This document shows, piece after piece, positions 39,902 to 52,675 of a stretch of DNA of 64,000 nt. The translations under genes and the position numbers were made by a program. The notes under the pieces are model-generated. The model searched no databases. It saw nothing but the letters and a program-made list of their open reading frames with translations, and was not told the origin of the DNA. The stretch is from Geosiphon pyriformis uo1 (taxonomy: Eukaryota; Fungi; Glomeromycota): contig JAAOMT010000776.1 of NCBI GenBank assembly GCA_016748015.1, positions 366,305-430,304 on the forward strand, written 5' to 3'. Positions within the stretch are counted from its first letter, which is position 1, and the number at the start of each line of letters is the position of its first letter.

Positions 39902-42172
39902 CTACATGCTAGTACTACCTATGCTACCAAGTGTATTAAACATATCTAATTTATACATCTTACTCATAATGCTAACAAGTTTATGACTATTCTTAATCAT
40001 ACTACTCATCCACTTAGCAGTTAGATTAGGACTGGATTTGATACTGGATGGCTGATCTTCCCATAAATGCATGATAACATCGAATGTGTTATCATAGACA
40101 GAGAAATTTTTATCTTTGACATTATCATCATTATCATCATTATCCATGTTATTATTATCTAACACATCTTTCAAGCAGGCCTGTTTACACTTTTTTTTTA
40201 GGCATGTCAATTTTTTTTGTATCACAATAGCAATAGCAGCCAAGCCTTTATTCTGTTCAGCCAACTCAGCTACATTTTTCTTAACAGACACATCTACAGC
40301 AGGTGGAGTAGACAACAACTTGGTAACTAAAACAACCAAAGCACCAACAGGCTCAACCAAGAATTTTATCAGCAAAGATAGTTCACCAAGATGGGATTCC
40401 AGAGAAGCCAACCTAGCTTTAACAGCATTATTGATAACAGAAAAAGCAACAGACAACATGAGTGTAGTAGTTGGGAGGGAACTACCAAGATCCAAGTTTA
40501 TATCAGCAGCAGCAGCAATAGGAGGAACCATGATAGCAGCAGCTTTAGCATAAGATTTGGATCCAGCAAATAAGGACTTGAAAACTTTAGGGCCACCAAA
40601 AAAGTTGAAAGGGACTTTGGGAGGGAGAGATAAGGACATTTTGCACTCTAAAGCCAAATGGTCCAGACCTTGACACCTATAGCAGCAGTGACATCCAAGA
40701 GTTTCTTATCAGATATGGCAGCCATGTAAAGTACCAGTTTTAGAAACAGCAATGTTCAAAGATTCCAAGGAATCAAAGATAACCACAGCAAACTGTTGAC
40801 ATCGATAGGAATTAGGGAAGTGGAGAATAAAACATATATGGCCACCAACTTGGGAGACCAAATTACTTATTTCAAATGCAGTATAGCCAAAAGGAAGATT
40901 GACCAGCTTAGCTTTGAAAATATCTCTTGAAAAGATAATTTCCTTTTGGTTGGTAATGAGAAGAATTCTAACACTGTCTTTTTTGACCAAAACAGACCAG
41001 TGAAATAGAGCAGTAGCAGCAAAAAAAGTGTCCTTAAAATGAACCACAGCATATTGCCATAAGCCAACAGGCTTTAACTTAACAGAAGTGACAACACCAA
41101 AATTGTTAAGAGCAGTTTTGATGTCATCAGAAGAGATACCCAAGAGTATGTTGCACAGTGCAACTGACAGAGAAAGAGAAGAAACAGAGGCCACACCAGA
41201 AGACTGTGCAATCTTAAGAGTAGTCAAAAAATTCCCATCACTAATGGCCATTTTGGTGCCACCAATTAGACTCTTCTGAAATGCAAATTCCACACAGAAC
41301 AACTTAACAGCATCTCGTGAAACTGACTTAAGCCCAATACAACCAGGCAGCAGCTGAAACAAAGAACAAAGAAAGGCCATCTTGATCTTGAATGTAGCAC
41401 CAGGTACTAGATTGGAGGCCACCCAACCAGAGAACCTCTAACAACCATTCACATTTTTCCAAGCACTACTATCAGCAGCACTAAAAACTGGAGGAAGGAC
41501 AGTTGATTCCATTTTCATCTGATCAGCCCAATCTTTGAGATCATCTGGATTGATGAACTGTTTTGTTACTGGGATTGGTAATGATTTGTCAGAAAATACC
41601 ATATCAGACAACACAGCCAGTGGTTGATCTTGGCCCATCTTGGGAGATGTGCTGCTGCTGTTGCCATTTATATCAGGAAGAGGGCTGGCTGCTGCTGTGG
41701 AGATCTTACTGAAGATTTTATCTGGAACCACAAAAGGGTTTGGTGTGACCATAACAGTTGCAACTGGCTGCTGTTGTTTTTTGGAATTTTTTGCTTTTGC
41801 GGCCATTTGTGAAGCAGTAGTAGTAGAAGTAGTAGTCAGAGTGGTTAGAGCAGGAAAGACCAACTTGTTGATTGGTTTGTTATTAAAAATTTTTGGGCTT
41901 TTAGAAGTAGTGGAAATAATACTGGGACTAACTCAAGTGTGTCTTTTGGAAGAAACTTTAACTGGAGAAGAACTACTAGCCAAAGATGAAAAAAATGAAC
42001 CAGAAACCGCTAAAAACAGCTTTTCACTAATATTTTTTAAAGGAAATGTAGCCAGAATGTTATGTCTAGCTGTTTCAATAACAGAGAGACTCTTTTGTGT
42101 TGAAACTTTATTAGTTACTATAGGAAAAGTAACATTTGCAACTTTTTTACTCTTAGCTCTATTTGTGGTCAT
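39902..42172 (-). pseudogene. LINE ORF1-like protein, ~756 aa (two RRM-like domains, CCHC knuckle, coiled coil, acidic tail)
   Basis: Four ORF-track fragments in one frame separated by stops; AKLVNLPFG..AVVIFDS RNP-like motifs; CYRCQGLDHLALEC. Confidence 0.8.
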
Positions 42173-42368
42173 GAAATTTAGGAGAGAAAGAGTTTTTTTT
42201 TTTGTATGAATTCTATAATGACACCTTCAATCTTATGATGAATCTATGAAAAGACCAACCCTCCAGTATCAAATCCAATCCTGATTAGACTGCTAAGTGG
42301 ATGAGTGATATGGTTAAAAATAGTTATGAGCTTGTTAGCATTATAGATAAGATGTATGAATTAGATAT

Positions 42369-45103
42369 TATTACGGGTTGGAGTAACAAGCTAATAGATA
42401 ACAAGAAAGAACAGGATTGTAGGGTAATGAAAATAATCAAAGGGAATTCAACTTCAAAGAGCAAATTGAATAAATATGGATTCAATGTGTGAGATCAGTC
42501 TTATAAAATATTTCAGTCATTATGCTTTTCAAAGTAACTGAAGAATCTGAAGGTAGAAGGATAGTCTGTACTGTCAACAAATGATCACACTTGGTATAAT
42601 TCTATGCCTTATGTCAGCATTTTTAGAATTCAATATTAAGTATCAAATGTGCTTTTCAGTCATGTTTTATTCAATAATCTCCAAATGTTGCAATTACACA
42701 TTTCAGAAAAAAGCAGGTAAATACCAACAAGTAATCTTTTATTCCAATGATGTTTAGATACTTAAAAGTAAGAAAAGAGAATTTAGTGATAAGAGAATGA
42801 TTGAGATAAAAGTTGTTATTTTATTTATTTAATCCTTGATTTTTGACATATTTTTCTACAGCTAAAAGATTCATCACTTATATAGCTATCAAAAGTGGTC
42901 AATAATCAAGTCAACAGTTAGGTCAATAATCAGATCAATGATCAGGTCAATGATCAGGTTATTGATCAGGTCAATGATCAGGTCAATGATTAGGTCAATG
43001 GTCAGGTTATTGATCAGATTAATGATCACTTTCTAAAAATAGAGTGGCTAATTTATATGACATTAATGGCTAATATATGTGATAATTAATAAGAAGTATA
43101 AGTTTCAACCATAATATCATCTTCTTCAAAGAGATTGAGCTCTGGCAAAATCAAGCTATTTATGGTGTAATCTATTGGAAAGGTTTTATCTAACTCAAAG
43201 CTAACTAGTTTGTTGAAATCTTTTGTGGATAAGGTATATAGCACTTAAGGTGAAATAAGCTTTGTATTCAGAAAACCAAATCTTTGTATAAGAATTTTGG
43301 CTCTTTTTGCAATGGTCAAAACTCTTGAAACATCTAATTATATAATGCTCAAAATTTCCACTTTTATCTTAGAAGTTGTTTTCTTCATGAGCTTTATGTT
43401 TTCTATGATTTCACCAAGACGACCATAGAGTCCTAGTTGTCTTCAATATGACAAGTTTTTGTCTATGGGCAAGATTTCCTTAATTGTTTTTTCAATTGTG
43501 ATGGAAGGTATAAGTATTGCTGCTGTTATGCTTTTTAGCAAATACTTATCTATTTTGCTGCCAATTTTTTCTTTTCTGGTAGTAGTTTTCTTTGGTCTGA
43601 TAACAGTATGTGTTCCATTGTTATCAGTTATGGTGGTTTGTTTTCCAATGGTCAGAGTAGCATTTGGATAGTTTTTGATCCAATATTCATAAAGAGTATA
43701 GAAGGCATTTTGAATGTTTTGATCCAAAAAATAATTGTTCATGTTGATTGAAAATATCTTTGTTTTGGAAATAGTGCATTTATTTATATTTGATTTTTGC
43801 TGATCATTTGAGTCAGTATTACCATAACAGACAGCCAATCAGGTCGTTTATGATATTTCTTGAGTAATGTACCATGAATAGGACAATCATTAAAGATTGT
43901 TCTGGATTGATCTTGAAGAATATAAAAACCATTGTTTAAAACTTTGTTAACTATAAAGGGTCCTTTCTACCAGCTAGAAAATTTATCACCATAAACATTG
44001 TCTTTGTCTAAACAATATTTTAATACCAAGTCACTAATACTTAAAGAAAGTGTTTTATAGATTTTTTTTTTCTTAAGCTTTTTTTGGAACTGTTTTATCT
44101 TTTTAAAAGCAATTATTCATGCTTCTACTAAGGAGTCAAGAATAGTACCAAGTTTTCTTTGCAAAATGTCTTTGTAGTTTCCTATTGTAATCTCTTCAAA
44201 GGATATTGTTTTAATATTAGTTTCTATTGGTAGTGTTGTCATGCATTCATAGAACAAATAAAAAAGTTCATAACTTGTTATGTCATAATTCACAGTTCTA
44301 TAAGCAAACAAAGTTAAAGGCAGTACTTTGTTACATATGTTTGTTTCTTCACTGGTTTTGGCTAGGGTTTCACATAATGTTCTATTAAAATGTTCCACTA
44401 GGCCATTTGTTTGGGGGTGATAAGGGGAAGAAAGTTTATGATGTATTCCCATTTTTTTACAAAGTTCTTCAACCAGTGTACTGAAAAAAGCTCTTCCTCT
44501 ATTATATAAAATTTTTTTGGAGCAGTCATGATGGCAGATGATATTTTTATAAATAAAATTGGCTATTGAAACTGCTGTTTGGTCTGGGGTGGCTCTTGCT
44601 TCTACCCACTTTGTAAGATAGTCAGTAGCTGTGATAATATATCTGTTGCCATTAGGAGTGATTGTTAAAAATCCAACAACATTTATACCAATTCTGTTAA
44701 ATAATTGACCAACAAAGATTGAATAGATATCTTCTTTGCGATTAAGTTTGCCTTTTTTTTGACAGATGTTACAGGTTTTGATGTATTCAGCAATGTCTTT
44801 TCCCAAGGTAGACCAATAATAGCAAGCTAAAGTTTTCTGAATTGTCTTTGTTTTTCCAAAATGTTCAGCTAATGGGTCAGTATACATGTTGTATATTATA
44901 ATTTCTCTTTCTTCAAATTTAATGACTCTTTGGGGATGGTCAGGATCTTTTCTGTTTCTTTTGTATAATTGGTTCTGGTGGATCAAATAAAAATTTGATT
45001 GTTTGCATAAATGTTCTCTTTGCTGTTAAGTGTATTCAGGTGGGTATTGTTCTTTACCCAAAAATTCTATTAAGACAGAGTAGTTGTCCAAGTCCATTAT
45101 TAT
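42369..45103 (-). mobile_element. Family A 3' half (3' LTR 42369-43116, ORF-X, integrase), copy X
   Basis: Integrase ORF 44117-44986 (289 aa); ORF-X fragment 43443-43838. Confidence 0.92.
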
Positions 45104-47651
45104 TGTTACAGATAATTATTTGGGGTCTCAAAGCAAATAACAAACCCATAACTTGGTGCTCAATTGATATAATGTTGTTGGTAATATCTGAAAATATTGT
45201 TTTATCTAAAAGTTTTATAGTGGAGTCTTTTGTATAATGGACAGAGATTCAGTGGTAATAGTTTTATCTGTAGCTTTCCAAAACTGCAGTTTTGTCAATT
45301 TTTTTTTCAGCATGATGGCCAGTGTTTTTCCTAGTAAGCTAACCTCAATTGAGTGTCCTACCCTTATTTCTGGGTCTTTTATTAGTGCTATATCTTGACA
45401 TCAGTACCCCACGCATTAATCCTTAATAAAGTTAGTAATAACAACAATTAAGACAAGAAAATAAAAAAAATAACATAAAGAAATGAGCCAAGACAATGCA
45501 CAAGTTAGTATCTGTTAATAGCTGTAATCAAGAGCTATTGTTCCAGTGTGATTAAGTATTGATAAATGGAAGAGTGATTATATTTTCAAACAAATGACAA
45601 TAACATAAATTTGAAAAATTGGAGAAATTTTTTATTTATATAATTCTATTTCAGTTGATAGCAACTATTCTTGAAATAAGGATTAATAAATAGAGAAAAA
45701 AGAGGATTGTTCTAAATTAATAAAACTCTATTGAATTCTCCAGGAATTACTTTTTCTGCTTTTAACACTTTTGCTATATATATATAATTTATGTTATATA
45801 AGATTCTGTACATTCGTGAACAATGTGCCATGATTTCTTAAGCAATGTTTATATTACTGAGCAATATGTCTGTAATTTCTGACAATGTGCTCATTGCTGA
45901 ACAATGTACCATAATTTTCTAACAATGCTTCACATTGCTGAGCAATGTGTTCATATGCTAAATACTATTCTCTTATTGGTCTATTTTCCCTATCTGTTTT
46001 TCCTACTATTTTCTTGTATTCTTTTTCTATGAGTAATATTATTCCCTCCTTTAATATTGAGCTCCTGCAAAATCTTCTAAATTTTTTTTTTGTATTAATA
46101 TTATTGCTGTAATTTCTATTACTATTTGTAAATCTAATTTTATACATAACTAAGGTTTTTAACTATAGTAGTCTGTTCAGAATATCAATTTCAAATTTTG
46201 TATTTGTATTATGTACATGTTCAAACATAATGCCCTTATTATTATCACTGAATTTAGTTAATTCTTGCTCTATTGTAAGATCTAAAAGTGTGATATATTG
46301 TTTAATGTTTGATGTGGAGTTTGAATTTGTTGTTGGCGAAGTTTAAATTGTCATTGTCATTAGCAGAGTTTGAATCATTGTTGTCATCAATGGAGTTTGA
46401 ATCATTGTTGTCATCAGTGGAATTTGAATTGTTGCTGTCATTAGTGAAGTTTGAATTATTGTTGTCATCAGTGGAGTTTGAATCGGAATTAAATTCCAAT
46501 TCCAATTCCAATTTGTTTTTGCTAATTGGCTCTTCTTCGAATATATGATACATGAAAGTGGATTGTGACTACATCCCAATATTTTGACTCAGGCCCATCA
46601 GATAAATTTTGCTGATTTATTGGTACAGTGAGAATTAGGTTTAATTGGGTTATCAGAGATAAGTTTTCTTGTATGATTGCAGAATTTGGAATTTATCGGA
46701 CTTCGAATGTTTGGGTTTTTGAATAATTTCTGGAGTTTGAATTGCTAGAGGTTTAACAAGTTTTATTGACAGTAAGTTTTTTTGTACAATAGTGGAGTTG
46801 AAATTATTGGGTTTTAAATGTTTGGGTTTTTTTGAACAATCGGTTTTTGAATAATTAAAGTTATAATTTAATGAGTTTTAACAAGTTTATCAAAGGTAAG
46901 TTTCGAATATTCGGGGTTTTAATGATTGGGTTTTGAATAAACAGAGTTTTAATTTAACAAGTTTTTAATGAATTTATCAACAGTAAGTTTCAAATGTTTG
47001 GAGTTTTAATGATCAGGTTTTGAATAAATGGAGTTTTAACAAATTTATTAATAGTACATTTCGAATATTCGGGGTTTTAACAATCAGGTCTTGAATAATT
47101 GGAGTTTAATTTAATCAGTTTTTTAATGAATTTATCAACAGTAAGTTTTGAATGTTTGGGGTTTTAATGATTGGGTTTTGAATAAATGGAGTTTTAATTT
47201 AACAAATTTTTAACGAATTTATTAATAGTAATTTTTGAATGTTCAGGGTTTTAATGATCGGGTTTTGAATAATCAGAGTTCTTAATTTAATGAAGTTTAA
47301 TGAATTTATCAATGGTAATTTTCAAATGTTCAGGGTTTTAATAATTGGGTTTTGAATAATCAGAGTTTTAATTTAACAAGTTTTTCAAAAATAATAGTCA
47401 AATAAGGATTTCACAAATCCTAAGTGATTTTTCTTTGTTTTTTCTTGGTCTGCCATTTTCCTGCATGGTTGTTGTTGGTACTGGTTTTCTGTTAGATTAT
47501 ACCTTACAGGAAGCACTAAATGTTACAGGTGTTTACTTGGTTGTTGGAATAAATAACAAATTTGTAATTTGATGCTCAATTAATATAATGTTGTTGGTAA
47601 TATCTGAAGGTATTGTTTTATCTGAAGGTTTTGTCATGGAGTTCTTTGTAT
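45104..47651 (-). mobile_element. Family D non-autonomous LTR element, second copy
   Basis: Reverse complement of 24447-27011 with the same junctions; 3' LTR 45104-45400. Confidence 0.82.
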
Positions 47652-48407
47652 TGTTATAGTTGAAACTTATACTTCTTATTAATTATCACATGTATTAGCC
47701 ACTGATGTCATATAAATTAGCCACTCTATTTTTAGAAAGTGATCATTGACCTGATCAATAATCTGACTGTTGACCTGATCATTGACCTAATTATTGATCT
47801 GATCAATGACCTGATCATTGACCTGATCATTGATCTGATTATTGATCTGACCATTGACTTAATCATTGACCACTTTTGATAGCTATATAAGTAATAAATC
47901 TTTTAGCTGTAGAAAAGTATGTCAAAAAATTAAAGAATTAAATAAATAAAATAACAACTTTCATCTCAATCATTCTTTTATCACTAATTTTCCTTTCCCT
48001 ACCTTCAAGTATCCAAATATTTTTGGGATAAAAGATTACTTGTTGGTGTTTACCTGCCTTTTCCTGAAATGTGTAATTGCAACATTTGGAGATTATTAAA
48101 TAAAATGTAACTGAAGAGCACATTTGATACTTAATATTGAATTCTAAGAGCGCCAATGTGAGGCATAGAATTATACCAAGTGTAATCATTTGTTGACAGT
48201 ATGGACTATCTCTCTACTTTCAGATTCCCCAGTTACTTTGAAAAGCATAGTGACTGAGATATTTTATGAGACTAATCTCACATATTAAATCCATACTCAT
48301 TCAATTTGCTCTTTGAAATTGAATTCTCTTTGATTATTTTCATCACTCTACAAACCTGTTTTTCTTTGCTATCCATTAGCTTGTTACTCCAATCTGTAAC
48401 ATAAAAG

Positions 48408-48424
48408 TGGTGCTCCCTGTGAGG
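48408..48424 (+). promoter_or_regulatory. Primer-binding site TGGTGCTCCCTGTGAGG (probably tRNA-Ile(UAU))
   Basis: 6 nt after the LTR end; the complement CCTCACAGGGAGCACCA resembles eukaryotic tRNA-Ile(UAU) 3' ends as I recall them. Confidence 0.7.
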
Positions 48425-51376
48425 TTGTCAAAATCCACTCTGTTTCTTATTGTATGAGTGATTATTTATACCTGTCACAACAATCAGAAGAACACTTTAA
48501 AGCACACAACAAAAATGATCTAGACTTTATTGAACTCAATTCTTTGTCCTCCTGCTTGATTTGCTTCCCCATTGAAAATCAATTCAGTAGACAATTCCAA
48601 AATTTTTGGAACTGGTTCTTAAACAAGAATTTAGCTGAAACCTACACAGCCTATACAACTTATTACTTTGATTAAGCTTATTTTGAAGACAATTTTGAAG
48701 AAAAAAATAACAGCATCAATTAACTTTTATACTCCACAATCTTTGAACAACAGCCCTCTGATTTTGAATATCTGAATCATCTAATCTACATCTGAATTAC
48801 TGCTTATCAATCAACTAAAACTCCTCTTGAAATAGAAGAAGAAAGCTATCAAACTGCTCCTGTTTTTGATCTCTTTTTAAATGAATCAGAACACTCTACA
48901 CAAACAGTTACACCTGAAACAATGGCTCAAAACTCTCTGCAACAAAACATTCTGATCGCCCTCCAAGGTATACAGACTGCTTTAGGGTGAAAAAACAACA
49001 CTCCATTACCATTATTCAGAAGTAATGCCCAAGATCCAATTGAATGGCTGAATAATTTTGAGAAAGCTGCCACAGCAAACCAATATGATAACAAATACAA
49101 GTTCCAAATTGTTGGTGGCTACCTCCAAGGCTCTTCTGCTACTTGGTTCTCACAAAAAACCAATGCCAATGCTCAACAAAGAATCATTAGATGGGTACCA
49201 ACAAATGCTGGAGAAGACAACACTTTTTTCACTACCTGGTTTGAAACAAAATTCAGAACCCCAATATTAATATCCAAATGGCGCATGGAACTGAAAAGAA
49301 AAACCCAAGGCTCTGGAAAAGTAGTGACTAAATATGCCAAAGCTATCAGAAAACTAATCAAACGTGTAGATTCTGAGAGAAACTAAACAGAAGAGCAAAA
49401 GATTTACTCCTTTACAAAAAGATTGAAAATTGATCTATCATATGCTCTCTGGCCTCTCTTGGCCCTCAAAGACAATCCCACAATAGATATGGCCATTGAA
49501 TTAGCTCAAAGAATTGAAGATAACCAAAGAATACATTTGGAATCCACACTTTCAGTCTTTGCTTCTGCTCCTATTTTGGCTTCTGCTCCCTAAATGACTG
49601 TTATTTCTTTTACTGCCCAAATTTAAGACCCAAATGAACAATTAATAGATAGACTTACAGCTAATTTTGCCCAGCTATTAGAACCATTGGCCCAAGCAGT
49701 TAGAGAGAATCAACAACTCCAAAGACCCAGATTTGAACTCTGTTTCAATCAGCTCCAACAACCACCATATCAAAGACAGCAAAATTGTGGCCCATCTATG
49801 TGCTATCATTGTGAATTAACTAGACACTTCTCAAGAGATTGCAACAATCCTCCATTGTCCCCTCTAGTTCCCAAAAATAATGACAATCAAAACAACAGAC
49901 TTATCAACAACAATGCTCCTAATCAAAGACCTAATCATGCCAACATCAATTTTTTTGGAGAGAATCCCCTAGTGGAAGCCACAGTTTATCAGCCTTTAAA
50001 CTGGTAGGCGCATCTCCAAAGGGTGAGAGTGCAAGCCAACCAGAAGAAAACCCCTTTTTTGCTTTTAACTTAACTAATGATAACTATAATATAGACAAAC
50101 TGGCAATTAACACCTTAGAATCAACCAGAAAAAAAAAGAAAGCCAAGATTGATTTCATACTGGATTTCAATAAAGCTTCCACATCAACAGCTGATAACAA
50201 TAAACCACCAAAAGCCAAAGTTTTTAAGAATCCTTCAAAGTTAGAACTCCCAGAAATAGTGCAAAAATTTGGTCCTTATTCTGTTGTCAAAAATCTCATG
50301 GAAACTCCTGCACACATTACCTTTGGCCAGTTAATAACTCATTCCCAATTCAGAAAAGACCTTTGCAAATCTTTGATTTCTAAGAAAAAGACACTAAAAA
50401 CCAACAAGTGCCTATGCCAAGCTGGATTTGCTAACAACAGCAATGTCACCTCTCTCATTTGTAAGGCCCAAGTGGCTGGTTATTTCATTGATCTAATCCT
50501 GGACAGTGGATCATCTGTTAGTGTCATTGCCAAATACTTCTTAGAAACAATTGGCAGAAAGATTGATAAACTATCTACACAACCAATGACCAATGTACAT
50601 GGTGACAAGAAAAAAAATCTGGGCATAGCCAAAGCTATTTCTGTCCGAATCAATGACATCAGTATTGAAATTAACATGGAAGTATCTAAAGCAAAAGAAT
50701 ACACCATAATAGTTGGCAATAAATGGCTTAAGAAAGCAAAAGTCTTGCTCGATTATGAACTCTGTGAACTGACCATCAGATGTGATGAGAAACCCATTGT
50801 GGTTAAGTGTCGTCATTGGACAACTCTTCTAGTACTCAAACAAAGCCAAGAAGAAAAGCAATCAGATAAGTCAGATAATGAAGAAAGTGATAAAGAAGAT
50901 GACAAAAAAAAACTGCTGAACTTGTCTACACTATCTTTACCAACAACAGCAAACCATTAGATAATGTCAAAGCAGATAAAAAAGAAATTATGGTAAATGA
51001 CAAGCTGATCTGCTGGTCTTATTATGATATCCTTAGAAGAACCATTGACCAAAAGCCTGGCAAGAAAGCCAAATACAGTTATTGGTGGCATGGCTCTTAT
51101 GCCAGATGCTGGTGCAATAAATTTTTGTATTCTCCCAGTAATGAATGCAAATCTTGCCTGATCTATTACAAAGATTGGGAACCAATCAGTGTGATACCCA
51201 GAGAAGAAATAAAAAAAGTACAGAAGTCCTTTGAGAATAAACCACCTGAGATCCAATTACTTGTTGTAGAACATAGAGAACCTTCCCCAGAAAAAAAAAA
51301 AATAGATATTGAAAATCTATTGGCTAGAAACAGCCCAGTTATCTCAAAAGAAGATAATACCCCTGGATGAACTCAT

Positions 51377-52675
51377 GTGATACAACACACCATCACAATC
51401 AAAGAAACTCATCCCATATATTTGAAGCCTTATCAATCCAATCGTCATAATGATGAGTTTATCAAGAAAGAGATAAACAGGATAAAAGATTTTGGATTCA
51501 TACAAGAAACCAAGAGCAAATGGGCTTTTCTAGTTGTAGTAGTATCCAAGAAAAGTGGAACTCTACACTTCTGTGTTAACTACTGCCAATTAAATGCCAT
51601 CACTATAAGAGACATATACCCACTCCCCAAAATTGATGCAATGCTAAACAAATTCAATGGTGCTGCTTTCTTCTCAACTATTGACTTAACTGCTGGATTC
51701 TGGCAAGTAGAGATGGATTCAGAAAGCAGAAAGAAAACTGCCTTCATTACCAAGTATGGCATCTACGAATTCATGGTTATGTCTTTTGGTCTTACAAATG
51801 CCCCTTCCACTTTTCAATGTCTAATAGACAAGATGTTTAAATTAGTAAAAGAAAACTTTGTTCTAGTTTACTTGGATGATATAATGGTATACTCAAAAAC
51901 CTGGGATGAACACCTTGAACATTTGCAAAAGGTTTTTGACCTGCTCAGGAATGCTGGCCTTAAGATTAATCCAATCAAATCTTTCTTTGGATGCCAATTC
52001 ACCCAGTTTTTTGGACATCTTATTACAAAAGATGGAATTTTCCCTAACTCAGCCAAAGTTGAAAAGGTTCAAAACATTAGACAACCAATGAATGTTCCTG
52101 AACTACACTCTTTTCTTGGTTTGGCCTCTTACTATCACAAATTTATCAAGAATTTTTCCAAAATTGCCTTTCTTTTCAATCAACTACTCAAGAAAAATGT
52201 CAATTACCACTGGGGCACACACCAGCAAAAAGCCTTTGAAATCCTGAAGGAAAAACTTGTTACTGAACCAATTCTTAAGCAACCTAACCTGGACCAATCT
52301 TTTATTCTCTACACTGATACATCTGGTTATGGACTTGGTACTGTACTCTCACAAAAAGATAAAGATGGCAGAGAACATGCTATAGCATATGCCAGTAGAT
52401 CTCTTACACCAGTAGAAAAGAACTATTCAGTAACTGAACAAGAATGCTTAGCAGTAGTTTGGGCTACTAGCTATTGGGACCAATATCTTCTTAGTGCCAA
52501 ATTTCTGGTAGTAACAGATCATCAAGCCTTAGTTTGGCTGCATAATAAAAAGAATCTGGAACATAAATGGATAACTCGCTGGATACTCCATCTGGATGAA
52601 ATTGACTATGATATTCAATACTGCAAAGAAGCTAATCATCAAAACATCAATGCTCTCTCTAGACTTACCATCTAG
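51377..52675 (+). CDS. Reverse transcriptase-RNase H portion of family A pol (open fragment)
   Basis: 432 aa; [38 protein letters not shown]. Confidence 0.92.
   Translation: MIQHTITIKETHPIYLKPYQSNRHNDEFIKKEINRIKDFGFIQETKSKWAFLVVVVSKKSGTLHFCVNYCQLNAITIRDIYPLPKIDAMLNKFNGAAFFSTIDLTAGFWQVEMDSESRKKTAFITKYGIYEFMVMSFGLTNAPSTFQCLIDKMFKLVKENFVLVYLDDIMVYSKTWDEHLEHLQKVFDLLRNAGLKINPIKSFFGCQFTQFFGHLITKDGIFPNSAKVEKVQNIRQPMNVPELHSFLGLASYYHKFIKNFSKIAFLFNQLLKKNVNYHWGTHQQKAFEILKEKLVTEPILKQPNLDQSFILYTDTSGYGLGTVLSQKDKDGREHAIAYASRSLTPVEKNYSVTEQECLAVVWATSYWDQYLLSAKFLVVTDHQALVWLHNKKNLEHKWITRWILHLDEIDYDIQYCKEANHQNINALSRLTI

Larger units (their letters stand above)
39606..42211 (-). mobile_element. Full-length family C ORF1-only poly(A) retroelement
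   Basis: Long poly(A) containing the N gap; ~14-bp TSD t(t/c)tat(g/a)atgacacc at 39592-39605 and 42212-42225. Confidence 0.88.
37491..42368 (+). mobile_element. Family C element (37491-39605 and 42212-42368), split by an antisense C copy and cut by an A LTR
   Basis: MTMTRAKSKKV start; two RRM-like regions; CYKCQGLDHLAVNC; the sequence resumes after the TSD. Confidence 0.85.

Noticed and set aside
41640-42209. Long antisense ORFs opposite the family C ORF (also 40116-40553, 39158-39547, 3981-4388)
   Set aside because: Likely shadow frames of a coding strand with biased composition. They have no recognisable domain and no consistent start, though an antisense ORF cannot be fully excluded.
48408-48424. 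tRNA gene fragment
   Set aside because: It is only a 17-nt complement next to an LTR, so it is a primer-binding site and cannot form a cloverleaf.
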